From: a virus
Taxonomy: Duplodnaviria > Caudoviricetes
Strand: one strand, 5' to 3'
IMG/VR virus record: IMGVR_UViG_3300021085_000101
Coordinates: 1 to 35,513 of that record
Length of the DNA: 35,513 nt
Shown here piece after piece: positions 5,953 to 15,399 of this stretch. Below the pieces are notes generated by a model that saw only the letters and a list, made by a program, of their open reading frames with translations, had not been told where the DNA came from and did no database searches. Every line of letters begins with the position of its first letter. Position 1 is the stretch's first letter. The translations under genes and the position numbers were made by a program.

Positions 5953-8900
5953 TTAATTATCAAATTTTATTAAAAAGTTTATAGGATAGTTCGGAAGTAT
6001 TTTCACAGGCTTGCCTAATTTTGCAACCATAGCAAGTTCTAAACCACTATATAATCCAATTGTGGTTGTGTATGGAGCAAGGTAACTACCAGTAGAATCG
6101 TTTTTATCATTTTCGGAAAAGTCTTGAAAATCTTTTAATATTTCTTTTCCTAAGTTCTTACCTGTCTTTTCATCTAAAAACTTTACTATACTACTTGAAT
6201 CTGTTCTAGTTGAATCGTTATATTTACTTACCAAATCACGTGTTAAGTATGAACCCCGTCTCCCTATGAAATATCTCAATAATAAGTTAGCATCAACTTC
6301 ATCAGTTTTTCCGTCTCCGTTGATATCAAACTCTCCGTTTTCATATTTTTCTTTTAAATTTGATAATATTTTGTCATGTACTGGACGATTTTCAATTACA
6401 CTGGAACTAAAAAATAAATCCATCAACAAAGCATCTTCTGATTCTGTCATCAATATATCTTGCTTTGGCCACTTATTTTTATCCGACAACTTAATTGATG
6501 TTTCACTTTCTATTATCTCATCATCAGTTATTTCTATGTCACCCACTTCACCCATTATGTATTTAAATATGTAGGCCGCATCAATAATATCAAATTTTCC
6601 ATCTTGATTTATATCATATGCAATGACTCCGGTTGCAACAGATGTGGGGTTTGTGCTGAAATTAAATTCATGTGGTTCAACCTTACACAATATTTCGTTT
6701 TCATATAATGTATGCATAGATTTGAACTCTAACTCAAATCCAGATATACCACTGTTGTTTAGTACATTTGAGAAATACCCACTTCTATCCGTAAGTGCTA
6801 TAATTCCATTCTTATAGAATATATTTCCTATATAATGACGTTTATTATCTCGTATAGCAGAGTGATCATATGCAATAATAGAACCCACGACCTTTTTACT
6901 AAGTTGACTTATATCAGATGGGTGTATCATATCATACTCTACGAAAAGTTTCTCAGATTCTGCAAACGATACCATTGATCTTCCACCGAATGTAGTAATT
7001 TCATCAATATTAAAATTACCAAGGACAGGAGACCCAACCGAAATGAAATTCTTACTTAAACTCACGGAATGACCATATTGCTTTTTACATGAATAAGATG
7101 TCTTGTTGGTTTTCATTCTCTTTAACTTATTACACTTATTGTTAGTGCTGTCTATTGAGTAATAATATACATACCCGTTAATTGCAGACTTTACTGAGTT
7201 ATACACAAAAACCAATGTACTATCCAGTTTGGTGTCGGGAAGTAAATTAATATTAAAGTGTATATGATTTCCTACTATCTTTGTTTCATCTCGGTATATA
7301 CCCCAAGTTAATGATGAATTTTGACCTGTTGTATCGTTGTTTGAATATACATTAATAACTTCACCGTCAAGAGTTCCAATGCCTGATTTGAAATTCATTG
7401 GAATTTCTTCTTCGGATGATTCACTCGACAACGCAAAATTGATATTTATGTTTTTATTTATATCCTTGAAAACATCACTCAACAAATACCCACTATCCAC
7501 ATGAGGTTTCCATTTTTGTCTGTAACTAACAAGTTCTTCTTCAGATAGGTTAAAACTTTCTTCATCGGAACACAGATCCTCAAATGTAAGTAACGGGTTA
7601 TATTTTCTTTGATTTATAAAATCTAAAGCAATTTTACTTAACACCCGAAGATTATATAACGATAATTTATCATGATATCTTGGTCTAATTTCTCTCAGTA
7701 AATCACCAAGAAGGTGTTCATATCCAAGTTTAACTGACCATGATTTTAATATTTCATAATCTTTTAATTTATAGATATCTAAAGTTTTAACCAATAAATC
7801 AAAATTTAAAGAAATGGGGTTAACTGAATCCATTTCGTATATAAAAGGTAATATCCCTAGATTACTGGTAGACTCTTTCCACCTATTCAGTATGCCTATG
7901 TCTATTCGTTTTCTTGAATTTGAACTATACAAATAAAACAATTCTTCGGTGAGTTCCTCTGTTAATTCAAGTTTAGTAATTGACTCAAGTTCTCTAATTA
8001 AATCCACATACCTAATTTGTATACTAGGAATTCTAGTTTGTGTTCGTGCTTTCCATTTAGTTATCGTATCATGGTCACTTATATTATACAAAGCAAGTGC
8101 ACTTGTCAGCATCTCTTCGGTTAGCAAATTAAACTCACTTATTAAATTAATTCGTTCAAATATTTCAAGAGCAGAACTCCAACTACACGGTATTTCATAT
8201 TCAACTGATATATTAGGTTTATCTGTAAGAACCCAGCAACTCCTTAACTTATCAAAAAATACCGACCAGTTATGTTTATTCATATAAACACGATTCGTTG
8301 AATTTAAATCTATATCGCATCCAGACACAACATTAATTGGAGATTTTACCAATCTATATACTCCATTTAAAGTCTCGGTTAATTCACCACCAGCACCAGA
8401 AATTCTTAAAGTTTCATACCCCGTATCAATAAAGTTTGCTTTTAATGTTGCTTCACTAAGTAATAATTTATTTATATTTAAGTCATCTATTTTTACTTTT
8501 ATTATCGCATCTCCCACATCACTATTTAAATCAATTTCGTAATCAGTTATCAGTGCTTCATTTGTATTATATGTTTCGTCTGAATATTTCGTTGCTCCGA
8601 ATTCTAAGTCTTCAATATCGAGTTTTTTAATTCCACTGCTTTCGTTTATGTTAATATTTGTCATTTCTGTTGAATGACTTCCAACTAAAAAGTTACTCCC
8701 AAGTACAGATATATCACTTCCGAATTTTGAACTAAATTCATTTTCAAAGTTTTCTTCACCATAAATTTTTTCAATGAAGTCTAAAGTTTGTTCGTTTACC
8801 CTAAATACAAATGCACTACCGGCCGTATATGATGTCATGTAATCTGTGTGGTACTTTCTGTCTACTGGGTTCCCAATAACCAAAAAATTATCTGATGCAT

Positions 8901-11900
8901 CCATTCCCTTCCCAAATTTAGATTTTATATCCGTTGAATAGGTATATGATTTTTTAACTAAGTTTGCACGAGACTCTAAGTCATAAATAATTGGATTATT
9001 ATACATCTCTATTTTCGATTCTTCACCAATTGGTTGATCAGACGAATCTAATAATAATATATACAACTTATGCAATCCAGATGTAAGTTGATTTTTATCT
9101 ATTCTAACTTTACAATTTTCAAGTTCAGGAGAGTGGATTATCAAAGGTTTATTTAAATTTGGAGAAATGTTCTCATTCAACTCTGTGAGTGTGTAGTGTG
9201 TACCTTCTAATGTACCGTCAAATAGAAATTCATAGAAAATCTCACGATTATCATTCTCGTTAAGAACCAATCTAACGATCTCTCCGTTCAATGTACTATT
9301 TGATTTCACTTCTGCCAGAAGTCTGTTTTTATCATAACCATCATCGGTGTTGTGATCCATATATATACTCATATAACACCCACCCTCATCCGATGATTTT
9401 TTTGAGATAGTTGGATAATAAAAACTCACACCTTCTCTGAAGTTTCTCCACTCAAGTGAAATCTCATCTTCCAAACCACTGTGTTGTGTGTACGATTCAC
9501 CAAACTCAGTCATGCTATAAAATGTGATCTGATTAGACGAGTGTAGTATATCATCCGTAAGTTGAATATCAATCGTGTCTCTGTGACCATAATTGACAGG
9601 TAGTTTTCCAAAGGATTTTATTTTTTTAATTTCTGTATTCGTGTTACTCGAAATTGCACTAACACTTTGAGGATCAACTTGTTTTACTAATTCACTTTTA
9701 AGTTTTTCGACATAAAATCTATTATTTTTATCAGATTTATTTTTTTGAAGGAGTGTGGTTGATTCTACTCTTTTTAGTAAACCTTGATCCATGAGTTCAC
9801 CAAGTGTATAATGTGTTCCGTTTAATGATCCGTTGTAGATAAACTCGTAATAAAACTCATCGTCAGTTTCGGACCCATAATTAAATGTCAATCTAACCGT
9901 ATGCTCATTTAACGAATCTTCTGCTCCTATTTCTGCTAGGGTTTTTATCGGGTCATAGTTACCGTTTTTATCTTTGGCACCGTTTGCGTATATGGTCATG
10001 AAACTGGGTTCTGATCCGGAATTTATACTTGGGTAGGAAAACGATACGTTTTCTCTGAAATTTTTCCAACTAATTGAAATTTCATCAATATGTGGATTGT
10101 GTTTATACGAACTTTGATTCTTATTTTTTGTGAAAAACTTTGCACCAGCAGAGTTTAATAAATAGTCATCGAATTTTATCTCTGATAAAGAAACTGATGT
10201 TCCTTGGTTTGATGGTAGCATACACTCAAACTCAACTGATTCTCGTAATTCGTTGATTGTATAGTGAGTACCATCTAGTGAACCACTATATACAAAGTCA
10301 TAGTAATATTCTTCACCATCCACGAAACCTGAATTAAATGTTAGTCTAACCAACTCTCCGTTTAAAGTTTCTTGAGCTCCGATTTCTGCAAGTATATATA
10401 ATGGGTCATATGTTCCATCTGATTGAACCGCACCATTTCCATATATTGTCATAGCATATGGTGTATTTCCTTTTTTCACATTTGGATACGAAAATGATAC
10501 ATTTTCTCTGAAGTTTTTCCATGAAATATCAATTACATCTTCACCAATCCAAGGTTCGGTATATGAAACTCCATCTTCGTTCTTTGAGAAAAACTTTGCT
10601 CTGGATTTGTTATCAAGTGGATCAATGAATTCACGATCTGATATAGAGGTGTATCCACCCAAGTTCGCAGGAAGTGTGCAATCAAAGTCTAATGATTGTT
10701 TAAGTTCATTTAGTGTAAAATGTGTTCCTTCAATTGACCCACGATATATAAATTCATAATAATATTCATCCCCACCAACAAATCCGGTATTAAATGTAAG
10801 TCGTACCGTTTCTTCGTTTAATGTTTCTTGTGCTCCTATTTCTGCTAAGATGTATCTTGGATCATATGTTCCATCCTCTTGTTTTGCTTCATTTGCATAA
10901 ATTGCCATAAAAGAGGGGTAGTCACCTCTGGATACATCAGGATAAGAAAAAGATACATTTTCTCTGAAGTTTTTCCATGACAACCCCATTGAGTTATCAG
11001 ATGAGTAGGGTTCTGTATATGACAACCCTCCTTTAGATTTACTAAAAAGCAGCGAGTTTTCATTTGCCGTCTTGTCTATTGTTGTTAGCAAAACAGGAAT
11101 TCCCATGTTGGGAGGTAAGGTACAATCGTAGTCGATTTTATTTTTTAATTCACCGAGGGTATAGTGAGAACCCCCAACTGATCCTTTATATATAAACTCA
11201 AAAACTTTAGTTTTATCATTTTTACAATTATCAGCATATATAAGGAGTTTTACAACTTGACCATTCATTGCATCCGAAGCACCGATTTCTGCCAATGTAT
11301 AAACAGGATCATACGATCCATCTGATCGTTTTGCTCCATCTGAATATATTGTCATAAAACTTGGCTCAGTTCCTGAGTCTATGTTTGGATATGAAAATGA
11401 AACATTTTCTCTGAAGTTCTTCCATGATATTGCTTGAGTTTCGTCAGATGAATATGGTTCAACATATGAAAGTTGGTTTTCTGATTTTGAATAAAATTTT
11501 GGAAGTCGGCATTTTTTAAATATATTCAAATTTTCATAATCATTGATATACCGGATTGTTCCTGAGTTTATGTTTGTCTCAGCATACGTGGTATCGTGTA
11601 CTTCTTTAAGTTCAGTTAGTGTAAAATGTGTTCCTTCAATTGACCCACGATATATAAATTCATAATAATATTCATCCCCACCAACAAATCCGGTATTAAA
11701 TGTAAGTCGTACCGTTTCTCCGTTTAATGTTTCTTGTGCTCCTATTTCTGCTAAGATGTATCTTGGGTCATATGATCCATCATCTTGTTTTGCTTCATTT
11801 GCATAAATTGCCATAAACGAAGGAAGGTTACCCCGAGTAACATTGGGATATGAAAAAGATACATTTTCTCTGAAGTTTTTCCAAGATAACCCAATCGTGT

Positions 11901-14900
11901 CATCACCACACCAAGGTTGTATGTAAGACGGTGTAGTCTCTCCTTTATAAAACAACCGTGCAGGTACTTTTCCACCGAGTGGGTCTGTAAATTTGTCTTC
12001 TGGAATTTGAATATATTCACCAAGGTTTGGTGGTAATGTACAACTATAATCTAATGATGTTTTAAGTTCATTTAATGTATACTGAGTACCAGTTGGTGAT
12101 CCATTGTATATAAAGTCATAATAATACTCTGACTCATGGGTGGATCCTGCGTTGAATGTGAGTCTTACTTTTTCACCTTCGAGTGTCTCTTGTGCATGAA
12201 TTTCTGCTAATATATTCAAAGGATTATACGAACCGTCTGAGTTTTTAGCATTGTTTGAATACACTTTCATTATAGATGTATGTTTTCCTTTGATAACCAA
12301 TGGATATGAAAACGATACATTTTCTCTGAGGTTTTTCCACCCTATACTTAATGTATCATCGGGAGTCCACGGCTCTGAGTACACGGTATCACTTTCTTTA
12401 TTATAGAATAACTTTGCGTTTGATTTATTACCGAGTGAATCTACGAAATTTTCATTAGAAATTATTTCATAATGTCCTCTGTTTGGTGGGAGAGTGCATT
12501 CAAAATCTAATGACTGCTTGAGTTCATTTATTGTGTAATGAGTACCCTCTATTGACCCACGATATAAAAACTCATAAAAGTGTTCTGTTTCACCCATACC
12601 ACTATTTATTATTAATCTGACAAGTTTATTATTCAGAGTTTCTTGTGCACCGATTTCTATCAGTGTGTGAAGTGGATCATATGTCCCATCATCTTGTTTC
12701 GCATCATTTGAATATATCGTCATGAAATTTGGAAAAGTTCCAGATTCAACATTTGTATATGCAAACGAAACGTTCTCTCTTGCGTTTTTCCAAGATACTC
12801 CGGTCGAGTTTTCGGATGGATGATAAAACGAATCTGCTAACTCGGATTTACTAAAAAACTTTGCAGATGTGTCTAACATCGGTAGATTTACAGAGGTCCC
12901 GTAATTAGCAGGTATGTGTGCAGACTGATTTGTGCTTATCTTTCCAAATCGTGAGTAGTATTTAAATGTGTTAAAGTCTTTACATATAGAGTCGCATTTA
13001 TTAACCCTCACCCCACCTTGTATTTTATACTCCGAATTCAAAATAGGTTGGTCAAAGCTGTATATCCAATTATCATACACATCTGTTCCGTTTGATCCTG
13101 AACTGGGTTGTATATTTGGACAAACCTTGATATCAAAATATGTATCATAGTGGTTTATTTCCACCGACTTGAATGCCGTTTCATCTACATATGACTCAGA
13201 TGTATGTCCCATCAACTCTGTTTCAGATATTGTATTTTTTAAATCCCATACCTCACATCCATGTTTATTTGTAGTTTTTGTGAACATATAACACCGAGGT
13301 AGATCAGTTGAGTATGTTGACGCATATATCTTGTTTCCCTTAATAACTACCTTCTCACCGAATCGTTTACTGCTCAGATCAGGTGATTTTATAGTTCCCA
13401 CTAAATCAAATGTGGTATCACCAATTGACTCTTTTGGTGTTTCTGAATATTCTGTCAATGGAAACCCACTATCGTCACCGAATGAATTCAAGGTCGTATC
13501 TGAAAACATGGATAATTCTTCTGAATCACATTCGTCTTCGTCTCCGAATAGATGAATAAACTCAGCACCCCCTTCAATATTTTGAAGTTTCCACCGATAT
13601 GCCCATTTGTTATCTTTGTTTTGCTCGTGGTGTGGGTTCGGTAGATATAGGTCTGTTTTTTCATCTGTCATATACCCAGGCCAAGTAGATTTCTTGTAGT
13701 GCTTTTCAGTTTCAGAAAATTGGCAACGGGTTGCTGGATGCGTATGTTTGCTCCATATTTTTTGGTTATACCAATTTGCAGATTCACTATTACAATCTCT
13801 ATTATTGTCTGTATATAGATAATTATATGGAAATACCTCACTATAATCTTCTTTTGTTGGAATGTTTTGAATATATTCTACATCTGATATAGTTCCCGTG
13901 TCTCTTAATTTTTTAAGTTCTTTGATTGTTTTTGAAATCCTCCGTGAAATGATTCTATCACGTTCTTTAAGATACTTAGAATATTTCTCTGTATTTTGTG
14001 TGGGAATTCCTTCGTATTTAGATAGTACAGAATCCCACTTATATGAGTCGTACACAGACGATGTCTTGATCCACGGGTGTTCTTTTGTTCTTTTTGTTTT
14101 TTTGAATAAATAAACACATCCAGTCCCGTTGTCAAAATTAGGTGATCCAATTGCTATAAAATCTTTATCAATTGAAATAGACTCCCCAAACTCAGAGTCA
14201 GGTGTTCCTTCAAATACATTTATAATTCCCCAATTTTCTTTTCCACCTTTGTTTTTTTCATAAATAAAAACATGACCAGTTGGCTGATCACCATTTCTTC
14301 CGTTTATATGTGACACAGGAGACCCAATTGCACATATCGTTTCGTTAATTGAAACAGATTTTCCAAAATTATCATTTACCAGAAAATCTTCGGTTGATAT
14401 AATATCATCTAACTCCGTTATTATAAACTGACAATTATCATTTCTGTTTTCTTGTGCAATTCCGTTTTGTGTAAATGGACAATAAAAGTTTTTTACTAAT
14501 TCATGTTGATTGGAGGTTGGGTTGAATTTATGTAAAGATGCACGACCAGATTGATTTTCAGAAGGAGATGATGGTAATATAGGAGCTCCCGTGAGGAGAA
14601 AGTCTCCATGTGAGTCGATTGTAAACCCATACGACAAATCGGTGTAATCAATATTTATCTTATCATCCGTAGATGTTGTCTCGGATATTGAACTAAAGAA
14701 TGAATTCAAGTTTAGTTCAGATATACTATTAAAAGTATCTGACCCCACAACTAAGTTGGTATTTCCGTCATCAATAATTTCTATTGATTCGTATTCAGAA
14801 CTGTGATCTAATATTTTTAATGTACCTGGTTTTATTTTCTCACCAAATACTCCAGTTGGAATCTCAAGAACGGTAACTTCATCTTTCAACACCCTACGTT

Positions 14901-15357
14901 CACTTCGTTTATCTGCATCAAGTGTGTTTGAATTAAAGTTTTGTGGTGAATAGATTCCAGTTTCACTTCCAAAAATGTTCATTGGGTTTTTGTAGTGCTG
15001 ATCATTTTCTTTATCTCCAACTGTTCCATAATCATTATAGAACAGATGCTTTACACTATTATATACAACCCGTTGATATGATCCATCATAATTCAAAAGT
15101 TCTTTTTTTGAATTAAAGTGCTTACTGTCTTTTGAGAAAAAAGTACCGGTTACTTTTTTACCAACCCTCATATTCAACTTAAACTCGGAGTTATTCTGCT
15201 CTGTTGATAATTTATTTGTTGCAGATGAAAATAGTGGGACACCGTCACCTTGCTCTAGAACTATATTACTACCAGAATCAAGTGTACTATAATTCCACTT
15301 TTTATTAGTATTAAATCGTGTGACCGACTTATTTGATAGTTTTAATACTTTTATCAC
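5953..15357 (-). CDS. Giant (3134 aa) baseplate/tail-associated protein: split baseplate-type domain, 7 FG-GAP-like blades, 8 novel ~150-aa repeats, dockerin-like repeats
   Basis: GTG start. Shares motifs with the 472-aa neighbour (EKIKPG/EKFDPG, FNFSTNPT/FNYSNNPS, PYTTTIGLY..ELAMVAKL/SYITTVGLY..ELVAVAK). FG.S/V...IGxP blades, WKNFRENVSFSYP repeats, and DINQDG/DINGDG Ca-loop motifs. Confidence 0.85.
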   Translation of the reverse strand: MIKVLKLSNKSVTRFNTNKKWNYSTLDSGSNIVLEQGDGVPLFSSATNKLSTEQNNSEFKLNMRVGKKVTGTFFSKDSKHFNSKKELLNYDGSYQRVVYNSVKHLFYNDYGTVGDKENDQHYKNPMNIFGSETGIYSPQNFNSNTLDADKRSERRVLKDEVTVLEIPTGVFGEKIKPGTLKILDHSSEYESIEIIDDGNTNLVVGSDTFNSISELNLNSFFSSISETTSTDDKINIDYTDLSYGFTIDSHGDFLLTGAPILPSSPSENQSGRASLHKFNPTSNQHELVKNFYCPFTQNGIAQENRNDNCQFIITELDDIISTEDFLVNDNFGKSVSINETICAIGSPVSHINGRNGDQPTGHVFIYEKNKGGKENWGIINVFEGTPDSEFGESISIDKDFIAIGSPNFDNGTGCVYLFKKTKRTKEHPWIKTSSVYDSYKWDSVLSKYEGIPTQNTEKYSKYLKERDRIISRRISKTIKELKKLRDTGTISDVEYIQNIPTKEDYSEVFPYNYLYTDNNRDCNSESANWYNQKIWSKHTHPATRCQFSETEKHYKKSTWPGYMTDEKTDLYLPNPHHEQNKDNKWAYRWKLQNIEGGAEFIHLFGDEDECDSEELSMFSDTTLNSFGDDSGFPLTEYSETPKESIGDTTFDLVGTIKSPDLSSKRFGEKVVIKGNKIYASTYSTDLPRCYMFTKTTNKHGCEVWDLKNTISETELMGHTSESYVDETAFKSVEINHYDTYFDIKVCPNIQPSSGSNGTDVYDNWIYSFDQPILNSEYKIQGGVRVNKCDSICKDFNTFKYYSRFGKISTNQSAHIPANYGTSVNLPMLDTSAKFFSKSELADSFYHPSENSTGVSWKNARENVSFAYTNVESGTFPNFMTIYSNDAKQDDGTYDPLHTLIEIGAQETLNNKLVRLIINSGMGETEHFYEFLYRGSIEGTHYTINELKQSLDFECTLPPNRGHYEIISNENFVDSLGNKSNAKLFYNKESDTVYSEPWTPDDTLSIGWKNLRENVSFSYPLVIKGKHTSIMKVYSNNAKNSDGSYNPLNILAEIHAQETLEGEKVRLTFNAGSTHESEYYYDFIYNGSPTGTQYTLNELKTSLDYSCTLPPNLGEYIQIPEDKFTDPLGGKVPARLFYKGETTPSYIQPWCGDDTIGLSWKNFRENVSFSYPNVTRGNLPSFMAIYANEAKQDDGSYDPRYILAEIGAQETLNGETVRLTFNTGFVGGDEYYYEFIYRGSIEGTHFTLTELKEVHDTTYAETNINSGTIRYINDYENLNIFKKCRLPKFYSKSENQLSYVEPYSSDETQAISWKNFRENVSFSYPNIDSGTEPSFMTIYSDGAKRSDGSYDPVYTLAEIGASDAMNGQVVKLLIYADNCKNDKTKVFEFIYKGSVGGSHYTLGELKNKIDYDCTLPPNMGIPVLLTTIDKTANENSLLFSKSKGGLSYTEPYSSDNSMGLSWKNFRENVSFSYPDVSRGDYPSFMAIYANEAKQEDGTYDPRYILAEIGAQETLNEETVRLTFNTGFVGGDEYYYEFIYRGSIEGTHFTLNELKQSLDFDCTLPANLGGYTSISDREFIDPLDNKSRAKFFSKNEDGVSYTEPWIGEDVIDISWKNFRENVSFSYPNVKKGNTPYAMTIYGNGAVQSDGTYDPLYILAEIGAQETLNGELVRLTFNSGFVDGEEYYYDFVYSGSLDGTHYTINELRESVEFECMLPSNQGTSVSLSEIKFDDYLLNSAGAKFFTKNKNQSSYKHNPHIDEISISWKNFRENVSFSYPSINSGSEPSFMTIYANGAKDKNGNYDPIKTLAEIGAEDSLNEHTVRLTFNYGSETDDEFYYEFIYNGSLNGTHYTLGELMDQGLLKRVESTTLLQKNKSDKNNRFYVEKLKSELVKQVDPQSVSAISSNTNTEIKKIKSFGKLPVNYGHRDTIDIQLTDDILHSSNQITFYSMTEFGESYTQHSGLEDEISLEWRNFREGVSFYYPTISKKSSDEGGCYMSIYMDHNTDDGYDKNRLLAEVKSNSTLNGEIVRLVLNENDNREIFYEFLFDGTLEGTHYTLTELNENISPNLNKPLIIHSPELENCKVRIDKNQLTSGLHKLYILLLDSSDQPIGEESKIEMYNNPIIYDLESRANLVKKSYTYSTDIKSKFGKGMDASDNFLVIGNPVDRKYHTDYMTSYTAGSAFVFRVNEQTLDFIEKIYGEENFENEFSSKFGSDISVLGSNFLVGSHSTEMTNININESSGIKKLDIEDLEFGATKYSDETYNTNEALITDYEIDLNSDVGDAIIKVKIDDLNINKLLLSEATLKANFIDTGYETLRISGAGGELTETLNGVYRLVKSPINVVSGCDIDLNSTNRVYMNKHNWSVFFDKLRSCWVLTDKPNISVEYEIPCSWSSALEIFERINLISEFNLLTEEMLTSALALYNISDHDTITKWKARTQTRIPSIQIRYVDLIRELESITKLELTEELTEELFYLYSSNSRKRIDIGILNRWKESTSNLGILPFIYEMDSVNPISLNFDLLVKTLDIYKLKDYEILKSWSVKLGYEHLLGDLLREIRPRYHDKLSLYNLRVLSKIALDFINQRKYNPLLTFEDLCSDEESFNLSEEELVSYRQKWKPHVDSGYLLSDVFKDINKNININFALSSESSEEEIPMNFKSGIGTLDGEVINVYSNNDTTGQNSSLTWGIYRDETKIVGNHIHFNINLLPDTKLDSTLVFVYNSVKSAINGYVYYYSIDSTNNKCNKLKRMKTNKTSYSCKKQYGHSVSLSKNFISVGSPVLGNFNIDEITTFGGRSMVSFAESEKLFVEYDMIHPSDISQLSKKVVGSIIAYDHSAIRDNKRHYIGNIFYKNGIIALTDRSGYFSNVLNNSGISGFELEFKSMHTLYENEILCKVEPHEFNFSTNPTSVATGVIAYDINQDGKFDIIDAAYIFKYIMGEVGDIEITDDEIIESETSIKLSDKNKWPKQDILMTESEDALLMDLFFSSSVIENRPVHDKILSNLKEKYENGEFDINGDGKTDEVDANLLLRYFIGRRGSYLTRDLVSKYNDSTRTDSSSIVKFLDEKTGKNLGKEILKDFQDFSENDKNDSTGSYLAPYTTTIGLYSGLELAMVAKLGKPVKILPNYPINFLIKFDN
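6260..6620 (-). other. Two dockerin-like EF-hand (Ca-binding) repeats
   Basis: YDINQDGKFDIIDAAYIFKYIMG (~6550-6620) and FDINGDGKTDEVDANLLLRYFIG (~6260-6330) match the type-I dockerin D-x-N-x-D-G-x-x-D-x-x-D + helix pattern. Confidence 0.75.
9175..12920 (-). repeat. Eight tandem copies of a ~150-aa domain (LPxNxG...WKNFRENVSFSYP...M.IY...DG.YDP..LAEIGA.ETLNGE.VRL...YEF.Y.GS..GTHYTL.EL)
   Basis: W[KR]N.RE cores near 12790, 12340, 11880, 11425, 10978, 10520, 10068 and 9450; spacing ~450 nt, with the last one longer. Confidence 0.9.
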
Positions 15358-15360
15358 AAT

Positions 15361-15370
15361 ATATAAATAT
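15361..15370 (-). promoter_or_regulatory. ATATTTATAT motif (candidate late promoter)
   Basis: Intergenic, 3 nt upstream of the GTG start of the 3134-aa gene. Confidence 0.4.
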
Positions 15371-15399
15371 ATTTGTATTAAAATATTTACAAGTATTCT

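Noticed and set aside
10710-11817. DGR template/variable repeat pair
   Set aside because: Both copies are in-frame coding, the mismatches are not confined to adenines of one copy, and there is no reverse transcriptase in the window.
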